A DNA stretch of 64,000 bases from an uncultured Aliarcobacter sp. (GCA_963664305.2 CAXXLV010000002.1:640001-704000), one strand, 5' to 3'; numbered from the stretch's first letter, positions 49,744-60,307 are shown. Made by a program: numbers and translations. Notes: generated by a model not told the origin, from the letters alone.

Positions 49744-50106
49744 CATTTCTAAATCTTTAATAGCATATTTTTCTCTTATTTTCCTTCTCTCTTCTAACTC
49801 TTCTTTTTTTGCATTTGGATTTGTGACATCTAAATCAGGTCTTTCAATAACTGGAATTTTTCCTTTTAATTTTGGATTAAATTTAAAAAAATTATCCATA
49901 TCTATCTTATAAATAACATCTTTATTATGTAGTTCTGCATGTTTTGGATATTTTAAAATATAACATCCTCTAAAATCTTTTTCAATGATTCCTTTTCTTG
50001 CTAATTTTTTAGAGAAATCAAATTTGAAGATTATATATGCAATTATAAAAATAACAAAAGAAAAAAATATATCTCCTATATATTCCATAAAAAAACCCAA
50101 AATCAA
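49738..50106 (-). CDS. Single-TM hypothetical protein (start possibly ATG 50088)
   Basis: N-terminal hydrophobic helix followed by a charged domain. Confidence 0.6.
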   Translation of the reverse strand: MILGFFMEYIGDIFFSFVIFIIAYIIFKFDFSKKLARKGIIEKDFRGCYILKYPKHAELHNKDVIYKIDMDNFFKFNPKLKGKIPVIERPDLDVTNPNAKKEELEERRKIREKYAIKDLEME

Positions 50107-50237
50107 AAATATTTATTATTTTATATAAAGATATCCTATTTATTAGTATGTTAAATGATTATTTATATAAATATTAGGTTGTAATTATAACAAATTTAAT
50201 TTAATATCTCATTTTTTCTGTTATATTTGTACAAACT

Positions 50238-50597
50238 TTATCTTTTTTGGAGTATGATTATATTAATGCTTTTGTTACTAGAATTAAAGGTTTAGTTTAA
50301 AAAAATTAGACTAAAAAAGAAGATAAGTAAACAAAAAATACTTAAAAGAGAGTTGGCTATATAAGCCCTTGAGACTTATAAATCAAGATTCCTTTTGTGA
50401 ATCAAAATAATTAAAATTAGAAAAAATCTTAGATTAGAATACAAACTTTTTTATTTGGTGTTACTTATTTATTGGAACAAAAAAGCATTAGTATGGGCTA
50501 AAAATAGCTTGAGCTTTTTATACTACTTACTTGGTTAAGTCTTTTGCCCATTGTTATATATCTTGGATATAGATTAAAGTGCAACAAAGGAGATTAA
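50238..50597 (+). pseudogene. Collapsed relic of a second cydA-cydB-small-ORF operon
   Basis: 50238-50300 aligns without gaps to cydA 52787-52849 (47/63 nt); 50350-50382 reads ELAI*ALETYK vs cydA KVAIEALESYK; ~50416-50470 resembles cydB ~53590-53648; 50532-50597 resembles the small ORF at 54595-54668. Confidence 0.8.
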
Positions 50598-50939
50598 ATG
50601 ATTGCCATACCAGTTAAAAGTGAAGAAGAGAACAGTAATTTATTAGAAGAGTTTGGAAAAGCAGAATATTTTGCTTTAATCAATAATAATAAAATTGAGA
50701 TTTTAAAGAATGAACAAAAAGATACGCAAGAGATAGCTAATTGGCTAAAAGACAAAAATGTAAACATTTTAATTTCTTCTGCTTTAAAAGAAAATACTTT
50801 TTATACATTAAAAAATAATGGTATAAAAGTATATTGTTCGCAAGGAAATAAAATCAAAATTGATGAAGTATTATTAAAATATGCAGATGGGGAATTACCT
50901 ATTTTAAATAAATTAAGTTTTTTATATCAGAAGGTATGA
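50598..50939 (+). CDS. NifB/NifX (dinitrogenase FeMo-cofactor-binding) family protein, diverged paralog
   Basis: MIAIPVK...FGKAEYF; clear paralog of 54669..55112. Confidence 0.8.
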   Translation: MIAIPVKSEEENSNLLEEFGKAEYFALINNNKIEILKNEQKDTQEIANWLKDKNVNILISSALKENTFYTLKNNGIKVYCSQGNKIKIDEVLLKYADGELPILNKLSFLYQKV

Positions 50940-50943
50940 TTTT

Positions 50944-50970
50944 AAAGAAGTAGATTTTTTCTACTTCTTT
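50944..50970. terminator. Bidirectional terminator-like hairpin
   Basis: AAAGAAGTAGA-ttttt-TCTACTTCTTT. Confidence 0.75.
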
Positions 50971-50982
50971 TGAATTAAAAAA

Positions 50983-51567
50983 CTAAACTAAATTTATCAA
51001 ATCCTCTTTTTTATCAATTTGTTTCTCAATAGCTTGTATCCCTTTTGCAAAGAGTGAATTTTTTAATCCCTCCCCTATTCTTGTAGATAAAAATATATTT
51101 ACTTTATATTTCATTAATATTTGTGGTAAAACAATAGCAGGTTTTAATTTTTTGGAAAAGACTTCATTCTCAAAACTATCCAATAATTTAATTTCATTAT
51201 TTTGGATTTTATAAATCAATACATATTTATCAGTTGCTAAAATTGATTCAAAATTTTCTAAACTTGAAGAACATAAAGCTACAATATAACCTAAATTGTC
51301 ATCTTGAATAGAAATCTTATTTCCATAAACTAAAGCTCTTGTTAATTTTTGTCTAGCATTTTTTAGAATTCTTGTAAAAGTTGGTCTTGAAACTTCCATA
51401 CTAATAGCTGCTTCTTCTTGATATAAATTTAAAACATCCATTAAATAAATAGCTTCCATCTCTTCATCTAACAACACAGTAACACCAGTAAATGGTTTAT
51501 TTTCCGGTATAAAATCTTTAAATGCCGGTTTATATATTAAATTTCTTTTATTTTTATCTCTACCCAT
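50983..51567 (-). CDS. DUF134 (UPF0251) HTH protein fused to a NifB/NifX-like domain
   Basis: EEMEAIYLMD...QEEAAISMEVSRPTFTRIL..AR; C-terminal IGEG; ATG 51567 with AAGGA SD. Confidence 0.85.
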   Translation of the reverse strand: MGRDKNKRNLIYKPAFKDFIPENKPFTGVTVLLDEEMEAIYLMDVLNLYQEEAAISMEVSRPTFTRILKNARQKLTRALVYGNKISIQDDNLGYIVALCSSSLENFESILATDKYVLIYKIQNNEIKLLDSFENEVFSKKLKPAIVLPQILMKYKVNIFLSTRIGEGLKNSLFAKGIQAIEKQIDKKEDLINLV

Positions 51568-51612
51568 TTTTATCCTTGTTTGAAATAATATCAAAATTTT
51601 CTTGATTTTTTA

Positions 51613-51657
51613 TTGACATATGTTCATTAAAGTGTTATTATTTTGAACATATGTCAA
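51613..51657 (+). promoter_or_regulatory. Sigma70 promoter of the cyd operon overlapped by two inverted near-palindromic boxes
   Basis: TTGACA(51613)-17-TATTAT(51636) with extended TG; boxes TTGACATATGTTCA (51613-26) and TGAACATATGTCAA (51644-57). Confidence 0.75.
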
Positions 51658-51671
51658 CAAAAGGAGATTTT

Positions 51672-51884
51672 ATGTTGAATATTAAAAATATTTACTCTTT
51701 TTATCTTAACGGTTTTAAAAATATGACTATTGGAAAAACATTATGGAAAATCATATTAATAAAATTATTAGTTATATTAGTTTTTCTTAACTATTTTATC
51801 CATGATAAATCTATCAAAACTGAATATAAGACATATGAAGAGAAAGTTGATTTTGTATATAAAAATCTAACAAAAGAAAATTAA
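51672..51884 (+). CDS. DUF4492 family small membrane protein
   Basis: FYLNGFKNMTIGKTLWKIILIKL; usual position before cydA; AAGGAG SD before ATG 51672. Confidence 0.85.
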   Translation: MLNIKNIYSFYLNGFKNMTIGKTLWKIILIKLLVILVFLNYFIHDKSIKTEYKTYEEKVDFVYKNLTKEN

Positions 51885-51895
51885 AAGGAAGAGAA

Positions 51896-53422
51896 ATGGA
51901 AGAGCATTTAGTTGATTGGTCCAGAGCTCAGTTTGCACTAACAGCAATGTATCATTGGATTTTTGTTCCATTAACTTTGGGACTTGGATTCATTGTTGCT
52001 ATTATGGAAACTATTTATGTAAAAACAAATGATGAATTTTGGAAAAAAACTACAAAATTTTGGATGGGTTTATTTGCAATAAACTTTGCAATAGGAGTTG
52101 CAACTGGAATAATAATGGAGTTTGAATTTGGTACAAACTGGGCAAATTACTCTTGGTTTGTTGGAGATATTTTTGGAGCTCCACTTGCAGTTGAGGGAAT
52201 TTTAGCCTTTTTTATGGAGAGTACTTTTTTTGCTGTAATGTTTTTTGGTTGGGAAAAAGTTAGTAAAGGATTTCATTTATTATCAACTTGGTTAGTTGCC
52301 ATTGGTTCAAATCTATCTGCTTTATGGATACTTGTTGCAAATGGTTGGATGCAATATCCAACTGGAATGACATTTAATCCTGATACGGTTAGAAATGAAA
52401 TGAATAATTTTTGGGATGTTTTACTTTCACCTGTTGCTATTAGTAAATTTTTACACACTATTGGAAGTGGTTATGTTTTAGCTTCACTTTTTGTTATAGG
52501 AGTTAGTGCTTGGTATTTATTGAAAAAAAGAGATATTTTATTTGCTAAAAAATCTATGATTATTGGAGCTACATTTGGACTTATAACTTCAATATTTTTG
52601 ATTTTAAGTGGAGATGAATCAGCTCATCAAGTTGCTCTTAAACAACCTATGAAACTTGCAGCTATGGAAGGTTTATACGAAGGAGAAGAGAAAGTTGGAA
52701 TTGTAGCTTTTGGTTTATTAAATCCAGAAAAAACAATAACAAATGATGAAAATACATTTTTATTTGATTTTACAATTCCTTATGCTTTATCATTTTTAAG
52801 TTTCCATGATATAAATGCTTATGTTCCTGGAATAAAAGATTTAGTTTATGGAAATGAAGAAAGAGGAATCTTAAGTGTAGAAGAAAAAATGCAAAAGGGT
52901 AAAGTTGCCATTGAAGCTTTGGAGTCTTATAAAGAGGCTAAAAAAACTTCAAATGAATCATTATTAAATAATTCAAAAATTTTACTTGATGAAAATATGA
53001 AATATTTTGGTTATGGACATATTAAAAATAAAGAAGATGTTATTCCTCCTGTTTCTATTACATTTTATTCATTCCATATTATGGTTGGACTTGGAACTTG
53101 GTTTACAATACTGTTTGCTTTAGTTTTATTTTTATTAACAAAAAAAGAGATTCTAAATTATCCGATTGTTTTAAAATCAGCACTTTTTAGTATTCCTTTA
53201 GGATATATTGCAAGTGAAGCTGGATGGGTAGTTGCAGAAGTAGGAAGACAACCTTGGGCTATTCAAGACTTAATGCCTGTTGGAATTGCAGCTACAAAAA
53301 TAGCAACAACAAATGTAATGATTAGCTTTTTTATCTTTGCCATACTTTTTACTGTTTTATTAATAGCAGAAATAAAAATTATGACAAAACAGATAAAAAT
53401 TGGTCCAAATGGAGGTCACTAA
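51896..53422 (+). CDS. cydA: Cytochrome bd oxidase subunit I
   Basis: SRAQFA..H, EFEFGTNW, QPMKLAAMEG, AEVGRQPW. Confidence 0.97.
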   Translation: MEEHLVDWSRAQFALTAMYHWIFVPLTLGLGFIVAIMETIYVKTNDEFWKKTTKFWMGLFAINFAIGVATGIIMEFEFGTNWANYSWFVGDIFGAPLAVEGILAFFMESTFFAVMFFGWEKVSKGFHLLSTWLVAIGSNLSALWILVANGWMQYPTGMTFNPDTVRNEMNNFWDVLLSPVAISKFLHTIGSGYVLASLFVIGVSAWYLLKKRDILFAKKSMIIGATFGLITSIFLILSGDESAHQVALKQPMKLAAMEGLYEGEEKVGIVAFGLLNPEKTITNDENTFLFDFTIPYALSFLSFHDINAYVPGIKDLVYGNEERGILSVEEKMQKGKVAIEALESYKEAKKTSNESLLNNSKILLDENMKYFGYGHIKNKEDVIPPVSITFYSFHIMVGLGTWFTILFALVLFLLTKKEILNYPIVLKSALFSIPLGYIASEAGWVVAEVGRQPWAIQDLMPVGIAATKIATTNVMISFFIFAILFTVLLIAEIKIMTKQIKIGPNGGH

Positions 53423-53423
53423 T

Positions 53424-54557
53424 ATGGGATTTGAAAACTTAGAACTTATAACACTTCAACAATATTGGTGGATAATAATATCTTTATTAGGTGGACTTTT
53501 TGTATTTATTATGTTTGTTCAAGGTGGTCAAACTTTAATAGATAAATTAAGTGAAAATGAGACTGAAAAAACTATGCTAATAAATAGTATAGGAAGAAAA
53601 TGGGAATTAGGTTTTACAACTTTAGTTTTATTTGGTGGTGCTTTATTTGCAGCCTTTCCACTATTTTATGCTACAAGTTTTGGTGGAGCTTATTGGGTTT
53701 GGTTAAGCATTCTATTTTGTTTTATTATTCAAGCTGTTTCTTATGAATATAGAACTAAACCAAACAATTTTTTAGGACAAAAAACTTATGAAATGTTTTT
53801 AAAAATAAATGGAAATATTGGAACATTTTTATTAGGAGTTGCAATTAGTACTTTTTTTAGTGGAAGCGAATTTATAGTTGATTCAAACAACTTTGTAGAT
53901 TGGCAAAACTCTTTAAGAGGACTTGAGGCACTTTTTAATCCATATAACTATTTATTGGGCTTTGCACTTGTATTTTTGGCAAAGATTAGTGGAGCTTTAT
54001 ATTTTATAAATAATATAGATTATGAAAAAATAAGAATCAAAGCAGTTAATTCAATCAAAATAAATATGATTTTATTTTTATTTTTCTTTTTAGGATTTAT
54101 GTTATGGATTCTTACAAAAGATGGATATACAATAAATAAAAATAGTTTTATAGAAATAGAAAGATTAAAGTATTTTCAAAACTTTATGGATATGCCTATT
54201 GTTTTAGTTATGTTCTTAATTGGTGTCTTGATGGTTATTATAGCTGTATTTGTAACTATTACATTTAAAAAAACTTGTTGCATTAAAACAAGTGGCGTGG
54301 GAATTGTATTAACTGTAATGGCGATTTTATTGAATGTGGGATTAAACAATACAGCTTACTATCCTTCAACTACTGATTTACAAAGCAGTTTAACAATTAT
54401 GAATAGTTCAGGAAGTCACTATACTCTTATGGTTATGAGTTATGTTTCATTGATGGTTCCCTTTGTATTAGCATATATAACTTATGCTTGGTACAGTATG
54501 GATAGAATAAAAATTACAAAAGAAGAGATTGAATCTAAAGATTCACATAATTATTAA
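53424..54557 (+). CDS. cydB: Cytochrome bd oxidase subunit II
   Basis: GRKWE..FTTLVLFGGALFAAFP; GGAGG SD before ATG 53424. Confidence 0.95.
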   Translation: MGFENLELITLQQYWWIIISLLGGLFVFIMFVQGGQTLIDKLSENETEKTMLINSIGRKWELGFTTLVLFGGALFAAFPLFYATSFGGAYWVWLSILFCFIIQAVSYEYRTKPNNFLGQKTYEMFLKINGNIGTFLLGVAISTFFSGSEFIVDSNNFVDWQNSLRGLEALFNPYNYLLGFALVFLAKISGALYFINNIDYEKIRIKAVNSIKINMILFLFFFLGFMLWILTKDGYTINKNSFIEIERLKYFQNFMDMPIVLVMFLIGVLMVIIAVFVTITFKKTCCIKTSGVGIVLTVMAILLNVGLNNTAYYPSTTDLQSSLTIMNSSGSHYTLMVMSYVSLMVPFVLAYITYAWYSMDRIKITKEEIESKDSHNY

Positions 54558-54570
54558 AAGGTTAGAAAAG

Positions 54571-54672
54571 ATGGAATATTTAAGTGAATTAATTTGGTTA
54601 AGTTTATGGCCGGTGGTTATATATCTTGGATATAAAATTTCATATAAAAATGCAACAAAGGAGATAAAATGA
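54571..54672 (+). CDS. 33-aa single-TM microprotein, candidate CydX/CydS-like subunit
   Basis: MEYLSELIWLSLWPVVIYLGYKISYKNATKEIK; 13 nt after cydB; ATGA overlap with the next gene. Confidence 0.7.
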   Translation: MEYLSELIWLSLWPVVIYLGYKISYKNATKEIK

Positions 54673-55112
54673 TTGCAATACCAGTAAAAACAAATAAAGA
54701 AAATACAGCAGTATCAACACTTTTTGGAAAAGCAAAATATTTTGCTTTTATAGAAAATAACAAAATTGAAATATTAAAAAATGAACAAATGGGTGGAAAA
54801 GCTGTTGCAAATTGGTTAAAAAGTAAAAATGTAGAAGTATTGATTACTTCTCACTTAGGAGAAAAACCTTTTGAAACCCTATTAAACAAAGGATTAAAAG
54901 TATATTTTGCAGGTGATGAAAGAATAGAATTAAAAGATGTGATGATAAAATATGCAGATGGAGAATTACAAATTGTAAATAATCAAAATTTTCATACTCT
55001 TTTAAAAGAGGATAATCATCATTCTAAAAATTGTTCAAAAACAAATCAAAAACCAGAAAATAAACTACAAAGACCTCTATATAAAAGTTTTATAAGAAAC
55101 ATTCATTACTAA
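54669..55112 (+). CDS. NifB/NifX family protein
   Basis: MIAIPVK...FGKAKYF...GG...SHLGEKP; His/Cys-containing tail. Confidence 0.85.
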   Translation: MIAIPVKTNKENTAVSTLFGKAKYFAFIENNKIEILKNEQMGGKAVANWLKSKNVEVLITSHLGEKPFETLLNKGLKVYFAGDERIELKDVMIKYADGELQIVNNQNFHTLLKEDNHHSKNCSKTNQKPENKLQRPLYKSFIRNIHY

Positions 55113-55118
55113 AAAAAT

Positions 55119-55146
55119 AAAGATAGAAACCTTTGTTTCTATCTTT
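55119..55146. terminator. Terminator of the cyd operon (bidirectional)
   Basis: AAAGATAGAAAC-cttt-GTTTCTATCTTT followed by Ts. Confidence 0.75.
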
Positions 55147-55564
55147 TTTCTATAGTTGCTTTATTTTTAAAAGTTTTTAAAACTTCTACTTTTTCGCCTT
55201 CTAAAAACTCTTTTTCATCAATTTCTGAATCAATATCCCAATAAGTTCCTTTATAAAAAACTTTTGAATTTTTTATTTCACCTATTCCTTTTTCATTTAA
55301 AAAATCATCAGAAACATCAATTTTTGGAGTTGAAACAATTTCTACAACTTTTTTTCTCAAAAACAATATCAAAAAAATAGATAACAATGAAACAGTAGCC
55401 AATTGCCAAACTGCACCAGAAAATAAAACAAAATAACTAATTACAGCTACAATTATAAAACTTATACCAAACCAAATAAGTATAAAAGATGCAATTAATG
55501 CCTCTAAAGCTATTAAAGCTACACCAATTGCCAATAAAATATAAGGATCTACAGCACTAAGCAT
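55139..55564 (-). CDS. NfeD-like membrane protein
   Basis: Three TM helices + OB-like C-terminus (GTYW, GEKVEV); next to an SPFH gene; likely start ATG 55564. Confidence 0.85.
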   Translation of the reverse strand: MLSAVDPYILLAIGVALIALEALIASFILIWFGISFIIVAVISYFVLFSGAVWQLATVSLLSIFLILFLRKKVVEIVSTPKIDVSDDFLNEKGIGEIKNSKVFYKGTYWDIDSEIDEKEFLEGEKVEVLKTFKNKATIEKR

Positions 55565-56486
55565 TATTTGTTGCTCCATTACTTACACCTTTGAAAAAAG
55601 CATCTCCTAAAACAGAAGTTGAACCTATCATTTGAGAAACTTCATAAGGTAAAATCATCTTATCAGTTGAATTACTTTCAGCCAATGCTCTAAAAGCTGC
55701 AATTCTATCTTTTGCTAGTAAAAATTCTGCTGCTTTTTCATTTTCCATCATAGAAATATTTATAAGTCTCATGGCTTCTTGTTGCCCAGCAGCCATTTGC
55801 TCCTGTTCATATCTTCTTGCATCTGCCATTCTTTCGATTGCTTCTGCTTTTAAAACTTCTTCTTGTTTAAATGCTTCTGCTTTTCTAATTACTGCTTCTT
55901 TATCAGCTTTTGCTTTTGTTTCAATAGCTCTTTTTTCTCTTTCTGCTTCCATTTGCATATTCATAGCTCTTTCAATTTCTTGAGGAACTGAAATATCAGA
56001 AATCTCAACTCTAGTTACTTTGATTCCCCAGTTTGTTGCTGCACTTCCTAATTCATTTTGTAATTTTGCATTAAGTGTTTCTCTATTTGATAAAGTATCA
56101 TCTAAATCCATTCCACCAATTTCAGCTCTTAGAGTTGTCATTGCAAGATTTGCAATTGCATTTTTAAAATCAACTACATTATAAGTCGCTTGCATTGCAT
56201 CATCTACTTTACAAAAAACTATTCCATCTATAGAAATATTTACGTTATCTCTTGTAATAACCGATTGTTTTGCAATATCAACTAATTGTTCTCTTGATGT
56301 AAGAACAGCTCTTACATTATCAATTATTGGTATGATTATATGAAAACCACCATGTAATACTTTATTAAATTTTCCTAATCTTTCAATCAAATATAAATCT
56401 GATTGAGGAACAATTTTTACACCTTTTACAATAACAATTAAAGCAAAAAATATTATTGCTACTGCAAACACTATACTTGTTTCCAT
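55557..56486 (-). CDS. SPFH/band 7 (stomatin/QmcA-like) protein
   Basis: IERLGKF, QSVITRDNV, TTLRAEIG, WGIKVTRVEI, QMEAEREKRA. Confidence 0.93.
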   Translation of the reverse strand: METSIVFAVAIIFFALIVIVKGVKIVPQSDLYLIERLGKFNKVLHGGFHIIIPIIDNVRAVLTSREQLVDIAKQSVITRDNVNISIDGIVFCKVDDAMQATYNVVDFKNAIANLAMTTLRAEIGGMDLDDTLSNRETLNAKLQNELGSAATNWGIKVTRVEISDISVPQEIERAMNMQMEAEREKRAIETKAKADKEAVIRKAEAFKQEEVLKAEAIERMADARRYEQEQMAAGQQEAMRLINISMMENEKAAEFLLAKDRIAAFRALAESNSTDKMILPYEVSQMIGSTSVLGDAFFKGVSNGATNNA

Positions 56487-56551
56487 TGAATTTCCTTTTT
56501 ATGAATTAAAACTCTTGATAATAATATTACAATTTATTTTAAAAATTGACT

Positions 56552-57403
56552 TTAAATAATTATATTTTTTAAATTTAGATTGAATCTATTTCCAGTTTCT
56601 GTAGTTTCTATATTAATAAGAATTTTATTTTTATCACAAAATTCTTTTACCATAGCAAGTCCTAAACCAAATCCGTCATTAGAAGGATTTTCTTGAAAAT
56701 ATTTATCAAAAACAATAAATAGATTTTTTGTATCTATTTTTTCGCCACTATTATAAATAGATAAAATAGAATTTTTATAAGATATTTCTACTATTGGATT
56801 TTCTTTAATATTGTATTTTATTGCATTTGAAATTAGATTATCAATTGTTTTTATAAAACCATTGATATCACTTTTTAATGTTATATTTGGGACATCAAAT
56901 ATGATTTTAGTATCTTTTTTTATGTCATCAAATTTATCAATAGAGATTTTAACAACTTCATCAAGAAAAAACTCTTGTTTATCTATTTTGTCTATCTCTT
57001 TTTTGATGTTGTATTCCATATTTTCATACAATTTCAAAAGATTATTACTAGCTTGTTTTATTCTTTCTAGTCTTTTTAAACTCTTTTCATCTTTTATTGT
57101 TTTTTCTAAAAGTTGAGTATTCATTTTTATAGTAGAAACAGGAATATTTAATTCATGGATAGTCTCTTTTATACTAAGTTCTAATTTCTCATCACTTTTA
57201 AACAATGGCTTTAAAATAGAGATTGAAAAACTTAAAAAAATTGCTAAACCTAAAATAATTAAAGGAACAATGATATATATAAAATTATCTTGATTTAGAC
57301 CAAATTTAGAAATAAAAAAATAGTTTAAATATAAAATAATAACCAAACAAAAAGTGAAGATTATTGAAATTGAAATTAGAAAATCTCTTTTTTTAGAATT
57401 CAA
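56552..57403 (-). CDS. Sensor histidine kinase
   Basis: Two TM; HELNIP, NLISNAIKY, GFGLGL. Confidence 0.93.
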   Translation of the reverse strand: MNSKKRDFLISISIIFTFCLVIILYLNYFFISKFGLNQDNFIYIIVPLIILGLAIFLSFSISILKPLFKSDEKLELSIKETIHELNIPVSTIKMNTQLLEKTIKDEKSLKRLERIKQASNNLLKLYENMEYNIKKEIDKIDKQEFFLDEVVKISIDKFDDIKKDTKIIFDVPNITLKSDINGFIKTIDNLISNAIKYNIKENPIVEISYKNSILSIYNSGEKIDTKNLFIVFDKYFQENPSNDGFGLGLAMVKEFCDKNKILINIETTETGNRFNLNLKNIII

Positions 57404-58055
57404 CTTTGTATCCTATACCTTTGATATTTGAAATTGAGTCTTTATTTTCAAAAAGTTTTTTTATATGATTTATATAAACCCTGATAGAACCTTCACTATA
57501 CTCTTGGCTTGTTGCCCATAATTTTGCAATTATCATCTCTTTTGTAACTATTTCTCCCCTATTTTCAATAAATAGTTCCATTAGTTCTAAAACTTTTACA
57601 GGTAAATTCAAATCTTCCCCATTTTCATAAAGTCGTTTATTTAAAGGATTAAAAGTCAAAGTTTCAGTTAGTTTTATGATTTCAAATTGCTTTTTATTTC
57701 TTTTTAGTAAAGCTTTTATTCTTAAGAGTAATTCATCTAAATCAACTGGTTTTTTTAAATAGTCATCACAACCTTTTAAAAAAGCATCATGTAAAGTATC
57801 TCTATCTTTATATGAAGTTAAAAAAATTGTAGGAGTATTATCTTCACTTTTTCGCAAGTTTGAAAGTAATTCAAGACCATTTATTTTTGGAACATTAATA
57901 TCAAAAATATATAAATCATAATTATTCTCATAATTTAGAGTTAAACACTCTTCACCATCATATGCAATATCAACAATAAATCCTTCATCACTTAAAAAAT
58001 CTTCAATTGTTGATGCAAAAAGTTCATCATCTTCTAAAACTAAAACCTTATACAA
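57393..58055 (-). CDS. OmpR-family response regulator
   Basis: LEDD, FDINVP, KP, winged helix IKGIGYK. Confidence 0.93.
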   Translation of the reverse strand: MYKVLVLEDDELFASTIEDFLSDEGFIVDIAYDGEECLTLNYENNYDLYIFDINVPKINGLELLSNLRKSEDNTPTIFLTSYKDRDTLHDAFLKGCDDYLKKPVDLDELLLRIKALLKRNKKQFEIIKLTETLTFNPLNKRLYENGEDLNLPVKVLELMELFIENRGEIVTKEMIIAKLWATSQEYSEGSIRVYINHIKKLFENKDSISNIKGIGYKVEF

Positions 58056-58157
58056 AGTCCTTCCTTACATTTATTGGTTATTCATTATATTTACTTTTTG
58101 TTAAATAATTGATAATTCGCTATTATTGTTATTATGAATTAAATAAAAGGATTCAAA

Positions 58158-60242
58158 ATGTTAAATAATATTTCAATAAAAACTAAACTAATAAGTTTAT
58201 CAATCATTATTTCTTTATCATTTTTATTAATACTATTTATTGAACTTATTTCTATAAATAAAGTAGACAAAATAGCAAATATAAATACAAAAATTGGAGA
58301 ATTAGAAATTCAACAATTAGAATTAAGAAAAAATGAAAAAGATTTTCTAGCAAGAAAAGATTTAAAATATTTAGATAAATTTAAAGAAAATGTATCTAAT
58401 ATCAATAAAATTACTAATGAATTAGATATCAAATTTAATGAATTTGATTTAGATAAAATTGAATTAAACAATTATAACAATATCATAAAAGAGTATTCAA
58501 CTATTTTTACAAAAATTGTTGAATTACAGCAAAAAATAGGATTAAAAGAGGATAATGGTTTATATGGTGCATTAAGAGAAAGTGTACACTTAGTTCAAGA
58601 ATTTGCGAAAAAATCTAATGACAATTATCTACTTGCAACAGTTTATGATTTAAGAAAACAAGAAAAAGATTTTATGTTAAGACTTGATGAACAATATGTG
58701 GATAAATTTAATAAAATCATTCCAAAACTTCAAAATGATGAAAAATATAAAGATTTATCTTCATTACTTACTAGTTACAAAACAAACTTTTTAAATCTAG
58801 TAAATTCTGAAAAAGAAAAAGGTTTCAATGAAAATTCTGGATTAATGAAAGAGATGCGAGACATTGTACATAAATCAGGAAATTCTCAAAAAATTTTAGC
58901 AAATAATGTTAATCAAAAAATAGAAAATTTACATAAAAAAATCGAATTTTTTTCATATGGATTAATCATTGTTATTTCATTATTTATTATTATTGCTCTT
59001 TTATATATAAGTAGAGTTATCAATAAATCTCTAACTTCTTTTCAAGAAGGCTTAGGAGATTTTTTTGCATTTTTAAATAATGAAACAAAAAATATAAATC
59101 TTTTAAATGATAAAAATGATGATGAATTTGGAAATATGTCTAAAATAATCAACTCAAATATAATCAAAGTTCAAGAAAATATAATAAAAGATAAAGCATT
59201 GATTGATGATGCAACAAAAGTTGCAAATGATATAAAAGATGGACATTTAAGTAGTAGAATTCATACAAACTCAAATTCAAATGAATTAAATGAACTTAAA
59301 AATGTAATCAATTTAATGCTAGAAAATTTAAGTTCAAATATAGATAATATTTTAAATGTGTTAAAAAATTATAGTAATTATGACTATACAAAAAGAGTTG
59401 ATACAAAATTAGTAAAAGGTGATATTTTAGAGCTTTGTAAAAATATAAATCATGTTGGAGACACTATAACTAAAATGTTAGTTGATAGTAAAAATATAGG
59501 TTTAAATTTACAAGATAGTGCAAATATATTAATTAACAATGTAAAATCTTTAACTCAAAATGCAAATACTACTGCTGCTAGTTTAGAAGAAACAGCTGCT
59601 GCTGTTGAAGAAATAACTTCAACTATTGCAAAAAATAGTCAAAATATAAATGAAATGTCAAAATACTCTACAAATGTAATAGATGCTTTAAAAAAAGGTG
59701 AAGACCTTGCAAATAAAACAATGATTTCAATGGATGAAATAAATGACCAAGTTCAAGCAATTAATGAATCAATTACTTTAATTGACCAAATTGCATTTCA
59801 AACAAATATTCTATCACTTAATGCAGCAGTAGAAGCTGCAACTGCTGGAGAAGCAGGAAAAGGTTTTGCTGTTGTTGCAGGGGAAGTTAGAAATCTAGCT
59901 GCTAGAAGTGCTGAAGTTGCAAAAGAAATTAAAATCTTAGTTGAAAATGCAACAACAAAAGCAAATAGTGGAAAAGAGATATCAACTGATATGATAGATG
60001 GTTATTCAACACTAAATACAAATATTCAAAATACAGTTAATTTAATAAATAGCGTTTCAACTGCATCAAAAGAACAACAAATTGGTATTGAACAAATAAA
60101 TAGTTCAATAAATCAACTAGACCAACAAACTCAAGAAATTGCAAATATTTCTTCAACAACACAACAAATTGCACAAGAAACAAATAATATCGCAATTGAA
60201 ATAGTAAAAAATAGTAATGAAAAAGAGTTTGAAGGGAAATAA
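58158..60242 (+). CDS. Methyl-accepting chemotaxis protein (helical periplasmic sensor)
   Basis: Two TM; repeated LRKxEKDF in the sensor; conserved MCP signalling hairpin. Confidence 0.95.
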   Translation: MLNNISIKTKLISLSIIISLSFLLILFIELISINKVDKIANINTKIGELEIQQLELRKNEKDFLARKDLKYLDKFKENVSNINKITNELDIKFNEFDLDKIELNNYNNIIKEYSTIFTKIVELQQKIGLKEDNGLYGALRESVHLVQEFAKKSNDNYLLATVYDLRKQEKDFMLRLDEQYVDKFNKIIPKLQNDEKYKDLSSLLTSYKTNFLNLVNSEKEKGFNENSGLMKEMRDIVHKSGNSQKILANNVNQKIENLHKKIEFFSYGLIIVISLFIIIALLYISRVINKSLTSFQEGLGDFFAFLNNETKNINLLNDKNDDEFGNMSKIINSNIIKVQENIIKDKALIDDATKVANDIKDGHLSSRIHTNSNSNELNELKNVINLMLENLSSNIDNILNVLKNYSNYDYTKRVDTKLVKGDILELCKNINHVGDTITKMLVDSKNIGLNLQDSANILINNVKSLTQNANTTAASLEETAAAVEEITSTIAKNSQNINEMSKYSTNVIDALKKGEDLANKTMISMDEINDQVQAINESITLIDQIAFQTNILSLNAAVEAATAGEAGKGFAVVAGEVRNLAARSAEVAKEIKILVENATTKANSGKEISTDMIDGYSTLNTNIQNTVNLINSVSTASKEQQIGIEQINSSINQLDQQTQEIANISSTTQQIAQETNNIAIEIVKNSNEKEFEGK

Positions 60243-60307
60243 AAACAAAGGGGATTAATAATAATTTGGTAAAATAAGTAATTTTATAATAATTTTCAGG
60301 ATTTTTT

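Noticed and set aside
53400..53423. Longer ORF-track starts for cydB (also DUF4492, DUF134, exbD, NfeD, purU, MNT, NosL-like)
   Set aside because: Downstream ATGs have better placed SD sequences or fit family N-termini, so starts were shortened
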